In this document: positions 45,047 to 55,983 of the stretch, one piece after another | Layout of the letters: each line of letters begins with the position of its first letter | Position numbering within the stretch: the first letter of the stretch is position 1 | NCBI GenBank assembly: GCA_963847675.1 | Contig: CAWKAP010000005.1 | Location: forward strand, 292,611-356,610 | DNA from: an uncultured beta proteobacterium | Lineage (GTDB): Bacteria > Pseudomonadota > Gammaproteobacteria > Burkholderiales > Burkholderiaceae_F | Direction: 5' to 3' | DNA: 64,000 nt | The notes under the pieces: generated by a model | Database searches by the model: none | Seen by the model: the letters and a program-made list of their open reading frames with translations, nothing else | What the model was told of the DNA's origin: nothing | Position numbers and translations under genes: made by a program

Positions 45047-45502
45047 GTGGTCCGCATTCAACGTGAGGATTTCGATGCCGGCGCGGAAATCGCGCGGCTG
45101 CGCGCCGGCGATGCGCGCATCGGCGCGGTGGCCAGTTTTGTCGGTGTGGCACGCGACCGCAGCGATGGCAGCCTCGTGTCGACGCTGGTGCTCGAGCATT
45201 ATCCCGGCATGACCGAGAAGGCGATCGACGCGATCGTCGAACGGGCCAAGGCGCGCTGGCCGGTGCTCGAGATCCTGGTCATCCACCGCATCGGCGAGCT
45301 GAGGCCGCTGGAGCAGATCGTGCTGGTCGTCGTCACGGCCGCGCATCGCGGCGAGGCGTTCGCTGCCTGCGAGTTCGTGATGGATTACCTGAAGACCGAG
45401 GCGCCGTTCTGGAAGAAGGAATCGACGCCGGACGGGGACCGCTGGGTCGACGCGCGCGAATCCGACGAGGCCGCGCGCGGCCGCTGGGAACGGAACGGCT
45501 GA
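45047..45502 (+). CDS. moaE: molybdopterin synthase catalytic subunit MoaE
   Basis: VRIQREDFDAGAEIARL...GAVASFVGVAR...LEHYPGMTEKAI...VIHRIGEL...IVLVVVTAAHRGEAFAACEFVMDYLKTEAPFWKKE. GTG start. Confidence 0.93.
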   Translation: MVRIQREDFDAGAEIARLRAGDARIGAVASFVGVARDRSDGSLVSTLVLEHYPGMTEKAIDAIVERAKARWPVLEILVIHRIGELRPLEQIVLVVVTAAHRGEAFAACEFVMDYLKTEAPFWKKESTPDGDRWVDARESDEAARGRWERNG

Positions 45503-45571
45503 GCCGCGCCGCAATCCGCAAGTCCCTGAGAGGCTACGTCGGCTGGCGGCAGCGCGGTCGGGCGCGCCACG

Positions 45572-46258
45572 TTATTTTGGCGCGATGCCGGCTTCGCGCA
45601 GAAAGCCGTGCAGTTCGCGCGCAAAGCGTTCGTATCCCGCCGCGTTGGCGTGGATCCGGTCCGACTTCAGCGATGCGTCGGACAGGATCTCGGCCCAGCC
45701 CGAGGCGAACAGCGGCACGCTGCGCGTGCCGGCCAGCACGTCGTACAGCGGGTGGTCGTCGAGTGCACCCAGCAGGGCCGCGGCGACTGTCGGTCGCGGC
45801 ACCGCAATCAGCACCGCCTGCGCGCCGGCCACGCGGATCTCGTCGAGCATGGCGGCGATATGTCTGCGGGTTTCGGCCTCCGGGACCTGGCGAAGGAAAT
45901 CGTTGCCGCCGATCGACAGCAGCACCAGCCTCGGCGCGTGCGCGGCGAGCAGGCCTGGCAGGCGCTCGCGCGCCTGCGCGCTGGTGTTGGCCGGCACGCC
46001 GGCATTGACCATGTTCCAGCCGGTCAACCCGGCGAGCCGCGCGGGATAGGCGGCATCGGCGGCGGCGCCGGTGCCGTAGGTCAGCGAATCGCCGACCGCG
46101 AGCACGGTGGCGCCCGCAGGAACCGTCGCATGGCGGGTGGCCTTGCGGCCGCAGGCGGCGAGCAGCGGCGCCAGGGCAACCGCGGCGATCAGCCGGCGGC
46201 GGCTTACGGATGGGCCGTGCTCAGTCGAAGGCAATCGTGTAGACGAAATCCAGTGCAT
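45572..46258 (-). CDS. SGNH/GDSL hydrolase lipoprotein (TesA/arylesterase-like)
   Basis: Lipobox LLAACG, block I AVGDSLTYG, block III SIGGNDF and block V DRIHAN. The start is uncertain and the 5' end overlaps the tamB stop region. Confidence 0.85.
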   Translation of the reverse strand: MHWISSTRLPSTEHGPSVSRRRLIAAVALAPLLAACGRKATRHATVPAGATVLAVGDSLTYGTGAAADAAYPARLAGLTGWNMVNAGVPANTSAQARERLPGLLAAHAPRLVLLSIGGNDFLRQVPEAETRRHIAAMLDEIRVAGAQAVLIAVPRPTVAAALLGALDDHPLYDVLAGTRSVPLFASGWAEILSDASLKSDRIHANAAGYERFARELHGFLREAGIAPK

Positions 46259-49200
46259 TGTCCGTGCCGCCGCGCGCGACGACCGACAGTCGCTGCGACA
46301 GCCGATAGTTGAACTGCAGGAATCGCGTGGTGTCAGAGATCGCCTGCTGGTAGCTCACCGTCAGCGCCTCGTTGACGTTCTTGCCGATGGTGATGATCTC
46401 GCCCGCGACGGTGGCCCCCGACGCGTCCTCGCTGCGCAGGGAGCCGGCCACGCCACGCGCGGGCAAGCAGCGAGGCGATGCCGAAGTTGCCGCTGCGGAT
46501 CGAGATCTCGTCGACGCCGATGGCCCTGGCCACGCGCGTCGGGTAGCCCTCGCTGCTGCCGCCGAGCAGGCCTGCGGCGGCGGCGGCGAGGGCGATGTTG
46601 TCGCCACCGGCCTGGTCCGGCGGGCGCCCCAGCACGAGCCACGACAGCGCCTCGGCATCGGGCATCGGCGGGTCGCTGTGGATGCGCACCAGCGGTGCGG
46701 CGAGCCGTGCGCGTTATGGTGACACCGACCTCGACCGGGAGTCCGGTGCGCAGCGCCAGGATGTCGAGCCCGGGGTTCTCCGGCGCGCCCTGGAAGTTGA
46801 GCCGGCCGCGCGCGATCTGCAGCTTCTGCCCGAAGCCCTCGTAGACGCCGTCGACCGCTTCGATTGAACCCACGGCAGTCACCGCGCCGCGCCCGGCGCT
46901 GCGCAGCCGCACCGCGCCTTCGACGCGCGTGCTCAGGCCCTTGCCGGTCAGGTAGAAGGCCTTGCCGAGGTCGATGCCGAGGTCGAAGCCGAAAGTCACC
47001 CGGCGTTCGCGGCCCTCGGCGGTCTCGCCCGCCTTGACCACCACCACGTCGTCGGACAGAGACGGCAGCTCGGAGCGCGCGATTGTGATGAAGCCGGCCT
47101 CGGCGGCGAAGGCACCGTTGACCTGGATGTGCTTCGACGAGGTCTCGATGTTGCCGCCGCCGGAGGCAATGACCCAGCGGTCCGGTCGCTGCAGCAACGG
47201 CAGGTGGCTGGCGGCGATCTGGATCACGCCGCTGAGATCGCCCAGGCGCAGGCGGCCGTTCGCGCTGACCGAGCCTTCCCGGTCGGCCGGCACGGCCGCG
47301 GCGGCGCGGCGGTCTTCCGGCTGCACGCTGCGGCGGACCGCTGAACTGCAGTTCGTCGAGCACGATGAAGTCGTCCTGCAGGTGCGCGAGCAGTCGTCCG
47401 TTCTCCAGGCGCACCCCTTGCTCGATCCAGGCGACGCGCAGATCGGAGCCGCTGAACCGGCCGGACGCGGAGGGGCTGCCGGGCGTGCCCTCGATGCGTA
47501 CGGTGCCGGCCAGGTTGCCGCCAAGGCGGACGTTTGCCCGCAGGTGATCGGATAGCAGCGCGTTGATCCAGTTCAGGCCCTGCAGGTCGAAGGCGCCGCT
47601 GATCAGCCACGGGCGTGCCTGCGCCAGACGCCAGCCCGCCTCGTCGGAGTCCTCCAGCCAGGCGTCCAGGTGCGCGCCGATGCCGCCGCTGTTCGTGCCC
47701 TCGATGCGTATGGCAGCGGCCAGATGGTTGGCCTCGATCCGTGCGTCGAGCCAGGCGTCGGTGAGGCCCAGTGCCGATCTGGAACCGCGTCCGGCGTACA
47801 GATCGCCTTCGCTGCGCTCGATCAGCGCGCGACCGTCGATCAGGCCGCCGGCGAGGCGCAGGTCCCACTCGCCGCGTAGCGTCAGCGGTGTGCGCCTGCC
47901 GGTGGGGGCGAGCACCGGCGTGAGGCCACCCTGCACCGGGACCGAGAAGCGCGACGGCTGCAGCCCGCTGAAACTGCCCTGCGTGGCTATCCCGACATCG
48001 TCGCGTGCGCAGGCGGACGTCGTCGAAGCGCACATGCTGAACGGCGACATTGGCCGGGCCGAACTCGGCGCCGCGGGCGCCGACGACGAGTGCGGTCGGC
48101 ATCAGCAGCCGCAGGTCGAGCGGCGGTGCGACTACCGCTTCGCGAACGCGTCCGCGCCAGGCATCGTCACGCCAGCCGCCATCGGCGACGATGGAGGCGG
48201 ACTGCGTCTTGTCCGCCGTGGCCTGCAGCCGGATGGCGTGGTTGGACAGGCGTCCTTCGACGACGAGCGTCACCGCCTGCACGGTCGCATTCGGCCGCGG
48301 CGCATAGCTGTAGCCGCCTCGCGCCGGCGCTGACCCGGAGCGTGCCGTCGCTGCCGCCGCCGTAGCTCGCCTGCGCCGAGACGCTCGCCAGCGAGTGATC
48401 GCCGTAGCGCAGGCCCTTGGCCGTCAGTTCGCGCCTCCACCTCGGGCGCCGTCCACTTGCCGCGGGCGGTGCCGGAAAGCGTGAGCGCCCCGGCGAGCGG
48501 CACCTTCGGCGCGAGCGGCAGCAGTTCGTCGATCGCGGGCACGTCGAGTGTCACCTCGAGCGAGCGGTCGGGCGCGCCCAGGCCGCCCTTGGCGAGCAGC
48601 CGCGCCGAGCGCACGGACAGGTCGACGTCGACGTCGAGGCGCTGCTCCGCGTCGACATCGATGCGGCCGTGCGCGCTCAGCGGCCGGCCCCAGGCGCGGC
48701 TGTCGACCAGTTCGAAGCGCAGCCGACCGGCCGGCTGCGGCTTCAGCACGCCAGCGACTGGACATGCTGCCGCTCAGGCGGGCGTCGACGCCCTTGACGA
48801 GCCGGCCGGGTTCGAAGCGCTGCAGCGATCCCTGCAGGTCGGCGCGGTGCGCGCCGGACAGCTCGATACTGCCGCCGGCGGTCGCGAAGCCGTCGCCCAG
48901 GGCAAGGCGCGCGCTGTTGATCGTTGCCAGGCTCGGCGTGAAGCTGCGCGTCGAACGTGAGCGCTGCCGCCGGCTCGCCGCGGTGGCGCAGATCGGCGGT
49001 GACGAAAATGGTGTCTCCGGCCTGCGCGCGCCTGCATCTGGCCGTCGACGCGCAGCGGCTGCAGGGCGCCGTGCAGGCGCGCCGGATCGACGTCGACCAG
49101 CTTCGCGCGCGTCTGCCAGCCGACGCTCGGCGAAAGCAACAGCGAGAACTCGCCGCTGACCGAACCCTGCAGCAACTGCCCGCCGATGCGGCTCGAATTT

Positions 49201-50231
49201 CAGCTGCCTGGCATCGAGTCTCGACCTGCGCGGTCGCGCTGCGCGCCGGAATGCGCTCGGCGTCGATCGGCTCCCGGCGCGCGGTTGTCGATCGCGATCG
49301 TGCCGGTGACGCGGTCCATCGCCGCGTTGGGCGCGAGCGTCGCCCTTGACGTACAGGTCGGCGGTCGGCGCGGCCGTGTGCCAGACGCGCGGGTCGACGC
49401 CGGCGAGATCGACGGTCAGCGATTTCACCGCCGGCTTGTCGAAGCTGGCGATCGCCGCGCCGAAGGAGCCCCGCTGCCGCACCGGAAAGCTCACCGTCGA
49501 CCGTCAGGTCGACCAGCGAGCCGCTTGCACGGCAGCGCGGCCTCGACGGCCTTGTCCTGCACCTGCGCTGACAGCCGCCCTCGGCTCCGAGCGGGAACGG
49601 TCGCGCGCGACCGAGTTCGGCGTCGGCCTCGCCTTGTGCTCGCCGAAGGCGAGGCGTGCCGTCTTCGATCCGGTAGCCGTCCGGCCCGGCGGTGACGCGG
49701 CCTTCGATCGATTGCAGGCTGAAGTGCGTACTCGTCGACGACGACCGTCAGGCTTCCGAGCGTGCACGCGAGGCGGTCAGCGGAATCGGCACGCCGATGT
49801 CCTGGAGCGGGATCTCGTCGGTGATGCACGTCGACGCGCAGCGCGTCCGCCTGCAGGTGATCGAAGTCGAGCCGCAGCGGCTGCCAGTGCCAGTCGCGCA
49901 GCGCGGCGCGAAATGCCGTCGCGTCGATCGTCTTGTTGCCGACCGTGACCGTCAGCTCGGCAAAGCCGAACTCGCGCGTCAGCGCGCCGAAGCTGCCCCG
50001 CACTTCGATCTGCACCGGCGCAACGCGATTGACGAGCGCGATGATCGAGTTCATGCCGCTCGTGGTGCCGACCAGCCAGCCGACGGCGCAGCCGCCAGGA
50101 CGGCGCAGGTCAGCAGCAGGCTGAACAGCGCCGGTCGAACACCGAGCGCAGCAGCAGCCGGCGCCGGCGCGGCGCGGCGGCGGGCGGAGCTGGGAGTCGC
50201 GCGAGGCGGGCGCGGCTGGGGGCTTGGCCAT
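46221..50231 (-). pseudogene. tamB: translocation and assembly module subunit TamB (DUF490 C-terminus), reading frame broken about 24 times
   Basis: The ATG at 50231 lies 2 nt after the tamA stop, and the span is 4011 nt, which is TamB-sized. The C-terminal signature RFLQFNYRLSQRLSVVARGGTDNALDFVYTIAFD* ends at 46221. Recognisable protein sequence is spread over six overlapping track ORFs in all three minus frames. The longest in-frame blocks are 48008-47337, 47338-46705, 46705-46465 and 46463-46221. Confidence 0.85.
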
Positions 50232-50233
50232 GA

Positions 50234-52009
50234 TCAGAACGCGATGGCGATCGAGAAGTGCACGCGCACGTCCGTGCGTGCGGTCGGCGTAGGCCACGTC
50301 GAGCGCCAGCGGGCCGGCGAGTGTGCGGTAGCGGGCGCCGAGACCGTAGCCACGCGCCAGGCGCAGGTCGCGAAGAGGTCGTCGCTGGCGTTGCCGGCAT
50401 CGACGAAGACCGCCGCGCCCCAGTCGCCTCGCAGCCAGCGCACGTACTCGGCCGAGAGCACCGCCAGCGTCGTGCTGCCGGTGGTCGCCGTGCCGACCTT
50501 GCGGCCCAGGCTCTGGAACGCATAGCCGCGCACCGTGCCGACGCCGCCGGTGCGGAACAGGAACTCGTTGGGCACCACGCGCGGGTCGTCCACGGCGACG
50601 TAGCCGAGCTCGGTGCGCAGGATCAGCTGGTCGCGCGGCGACAGCGGCAGGTAGTAGACGTAGCGCCCGTAGCCGCGCACGAAGACCGTATTGAGGAAAT
50701 TCGTGACGCTGCTGCGACCGAGGCCGACCGTGCCGGACAGCGTCACCAGCGAGCCGCGCGTAGGCTGGGTGATCGAGTCGACTTGGCGCCGCGTCCAGGC
50801 GTAGGTGGCGGAGACGACGTCGTTGGTCGTGTCTTCCTCAGGCGCGCCGCTGACTTCGCGTGATTCGTGCTGGAAGTTCAGCGCAAGCTGGGTGTCGATC
50901 GACTTCGGGCCGAATTCGCGCTTGTGAGTGCGCTGCGCGCCGACCGCCCAGCGGCTCGTCTTGACGCCCTCGATGTCGGTGAGTTCGATCAGCGCCCCGA
51001 CGGCGTCCTGCTCGTCACCGGGCTTCGGCGGCAGGTAGACGTCGGCATAGGCCGCCTGGCGCGTCCTGTCCAGGCTGATGCCGGACTGCAGCGAGTACGG
51101 GTTGTCGAACAGCGTGGCCTGCCGGTAGGCGACCTCGCCGCGCACGCCGGTATCGGTCGAGTAGCCGAGCGAGAACGACACGCGCTTGGTCTGCGCCTCG
51201 CGCACCTCGATCAGCACCGGCAGGCTGCGCCCATCCGCCCGGGCCGGGTCGACATCGACGATCACGGTGCTGAAGTAGGGTGTTCGCTGAAGCCGGCGCT
51301 GGAATTCGAGCAGCTTGTCCGCATCGTAAGGTTCGCCGACGGTAAACGGGTTGTAGCGTTCGACCAGTTGGACGTCGTAGCGCGTCAGGCCGCGGACCTC
51401 GACCGCACCCACCGTGTAGGCAGGTCCCGAATCGATCTCGACCAGCAGGCGGGCGGTCGCCTGGGCCTCGTCGATCAGCGCCACGGCGTCGCTGATCCGG
51501 GCGGCGGCGAAGTCGTGACCGCGGATCCGGTTCAGCAGGCGCGTTTTGGCCGCCGACCAGCGTTCGTCGCGAAACGGCTCGCCGACCGGCAGTCCCCAGT
51601 CGGCACGCAGCCGCTCGACCGCGTCACTGCGCTCAGCCAGTTCGCCGGCGAATTCGATCACCACCTCGATGATGTCGGTGCGCCGCCCGAGTTCAAGGCG
51701 AACGACGTAGCGGGCCTCACCGGTGTCGTCGGTGCCGATGGCGAGCGAGGGGGAGAAGTAGCCTTCGGTGGCGAGCACGTCGAGCGTGTCGCTGCGCAAG
51801 CGGCGCAGCATCCGCTCTTCGTCCTCGCGGTCGATCGAATCGGCCTCTGCGGTCTCGCGCAGTGCGCGGTCGAGCAGCGCGACGACCTCGGCCGGTGGTT
51901 CGGCGGTGAGCGCGAATCGAGCCAGCGGGCGCTCGGCAGCGTAAGCACATTCCAGTGCCGCGATCGCGAGGAAAAGCAGGAATCGAAGCCGAAGCACCGG
52001 GTGAAGCAC
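50234..52009 (-). CDS. tamA: translocation and assembly module subunit TamA (Omp85 family), with an out-of-frame patch near the 3' end
   Basis: It has a signal peptide if started at GTG 52009 ([26 protein letters not shown]), POTRA repeats and an Omp85 barrel, ending [11 protein letters not shown]. Codons at about 50370-50270 read [13 protein letters not shown]..., whereas the neighbouring frame gives the expected [33 protein letters not shown]. Confidence 0.85.
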   Translation of the reverse strand: MLHPVLRLRFLLFLAIAALECAYAAERPLARFALTAEPPAEVVALLDRALRETAEADSIDREDEERMLRRLRSDTLDVLATEGYFSPSLAIGTDDTGEARYVVRLELGRRTDIIEVVIEFAGELAERSDAVERLRADWGLPVGEPFRDERWSAAKTRLLNRIRGHDFAAARISDAVALIDEAQATARLLVEIDSGPAYTVGAVEVRGLTRYDVQLVERYNPFTVGEPYDADKLLEFQRRLQRTPYFSTVIVDVDPARADGRSLPVLIEVREAQTKRVSFSLGYSTDTGVRGEVAYRQATLFDNPYSLQSGISLDRTRQAAYADVYLPPKPGDEQDAVGALIELTDIEGVKTSRWAVGAQRTHKREFGPKSIDTQLALNFQHESREVSGAPEEDTTNDVVSATYAWTRRQVDSITQPTRGSLVTLSGTVGLGRSSVTNFLNTVFVRGYGRYVYYLPLSPRDQLILRTELGYVAVDDPRVVPNEFLFRTGGVGTVRGYAFQSLGRKVGTATTGSTTLAVLSAEYVRWLRGDWGAAVFVDAGNASDDLFATCAWRVATVSAPATAHSPARWRSTWPTPTARTDVRVHFSIAIAF

Positions 52010-52055
52010 CGTCCAGGCCGAAGGGCCGGATTCGAGAAGCCATTCTATCGAGACG

Positions 52056-52083
52056 TTGAAATCGCCCGACCGCATCCTCACGT
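52056..52083 (+). promoter_or_regulatory. candidate sigma-32 (heat-shock) promoter for clpB
   Basis: TTGAAA (52056-52061), a 14-nt spacer, then CCTCACGT (52076-52083). This compares with the CTTGAAA-N13/14-CCCCATNT consensus. It lies about 38 nt upstream of the clpB ATG. Pattern match only. Confidence 0.4.
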
Positions 52084-52120
52084 ACGGAAAGGTTTCGTTA
52101 CCTCATCGCCGGAAAGAACA

Positions 52121-54712
<2,592 letters not shown>

Positions 54713-54772
54713 GCGGCGAGCGCGCTGCCAGCGCCTGCCGCCGCCGCGCGGTGGCGCGTGCGGCGCTGGCGC

Positions 54773-55954
54773 TCAGTGCAGCGGCGCCGCCGGCTGCTCC
54801 TCGACGTCTTCCGGCGGTTCTGCGTGGACCGCGTGCCCCGACGGATTCGGGAACATCGGCGCGCCGCAGTCGTCGCAGTATTCGAGGGGAAAGCGATGCG
54901 CGTGGGCAGTGACCTTGTTCACGCCCAGCCGCCGCAGCGCCGCGTCGATCTCCTCCTGCGCCCGCTCTTCCTCGTCGCCGAGCAGCGGCCAGACCACGCC
55001 CTCGATCACCGCGTCGTCGTTGCCCGCGGCGCCGATCCCGACGCGCATCTCCTCGACGCGCTTGTCCTCGAAGGCGGCGAAGGTCGCCTGCAGCGCGTTC
55101 GGCGCCATGTCGTAGGCGAGCTTCAGGTAGAAAATGGCCGCCTCGAGCGAGAACTCGCGCAGTTCGCGATCGGCCTGGCGCAGTGCGGCGTGAAAGGCGT
55201 TGGCGGCGAGGACGCGGTAGCGGCAGCCGGTCATCAGCGGCGCCAGCGCACCGCCCACCTGCTCGCGGAAAGCGGTCATCGCTGCGGTCTTCGCGTCCGG
55301 GTCGACGCCGGTCTCCTGCCAGTGATACAGCGGCGCGCCCTGCGGGGCGACGATGGCGGCAAGCACGTAGCGCGTGTCGGCCAGCATCATCACCGGCTCG
55401 CGCAGGCTCTTGCCGTCGACCTTGAGCCGCTTGCCGGCCACGCAGGCTTCGAACAGCTTCTGCGCGGCGTCGTAGACCTCGCCGAACGATTCCGGCAACT
55501 GGTCGATCGAGTACAGGTAGTCGGCCACGGCGATGCGGGTGTCGCGGGCGGACAGGTGGCCGGCAATCTGCGCGCCGATCGCATCGACCAGCGCCGGCGC
55601 AAGCGCCATGGCCGGCACCCGGTAGCGCGACCAGGCCAGCAGCGGCACGGCGATCAGCAGCGCGTCGTGCGGTTTGCCGTCGATCTCGACGGTTGCGCTC
55701 TCGGCACAGGATTCCGCGAGATCGGCCAGATCGTCGTAGGCGCGCGCCTGCGTGCGCGACAGGTCCTCCAGCGCCGCCTCGATGTCGTCGGCGAAACCGC
55801 GCGCGAGACGGTCGTTGACCGCCTCGACGAGGCGCCGCTCCCATAGCCGGTCCTCGATGCGGCTGCCCGACTCCGACAGCCGGCGCGCCAGCTTGGCCAG
55901 CGTGTTGGCCGAGGCCGACGTTCGGGCGCGGGAAATGAGGCGGTTGCGACGCAT
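54773..55954 (-). CDS. conserved hypothetical protein (possibly DUF2863-like; unverified)
   Basis: 393 aa from ATG 55954 (MRRNRLISRART...). The protein is acidic and soluble-looking, with C-terminal EYCDDCGAPMFPNPSGHAVHAE. I found no recognisable catalytic motif. The family name is from memory only. Confidence 0.6.
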   Translation of the reverse strand: MRRNRLISRARTSASANTLAKLARRLSESGSRIEDRLWERRLVEAVNDRLARGFADDIEAALEDLSRTQARAYDDLADLAESCAESATVEIDGKPHDALLIAVPLLAWSRYRVPAMALAPALVDAIGAQIAGHLSARDTRIAVADYLYSIDQLPESFGEVYDAAQKLFEACVAGKRLKVDGKSLREPVMMLADTRYVLAAIVAPQGAPLYHWQETGVDPDAKTAAMTAFREQVGGALAPLMTGCRYRVLAANAFHAALRQADRELREFSLEAAIFYLKLAYDMAPNALQATFAAFEDKRVEEMRVGIGAAGNDDAVIEGVVWPLLGDEEERAQEEIDAALRRLGVNKVTAHAHRFPLEYCDDCGAPMFPNPSGHAVHAEPPEDVEEQPAAPLH

Positions 55955-55983
55955 GACTGACCCTTGCGATACGTGGGTCCGAA

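Noticed and set aside
46221-50231. tamB frame changes, considered as programmed ribosomal frameshifting or phase variation.
   Set aside because: About 24 events in one gene is far beyond any programmed system. The junctions I examined lack slippery heptamers, homopolymer tracts or simple-sequence repeats. Decay or sequence error is the parsimonious reading.
50867-52120. The clpB ORF in the track extends 1.25 kb upstream (1281 aa), across the tamA gene.
   Set aside because: The upstream extension is antisense to TamA and has no ClpB-like sequence. The canonical ClpB N-terminus ([18 protein letters not shown]) starts at ATG 52121 with a Shine-Dalgarno sequence and a heat-shock-type promoter candidate just upstream.
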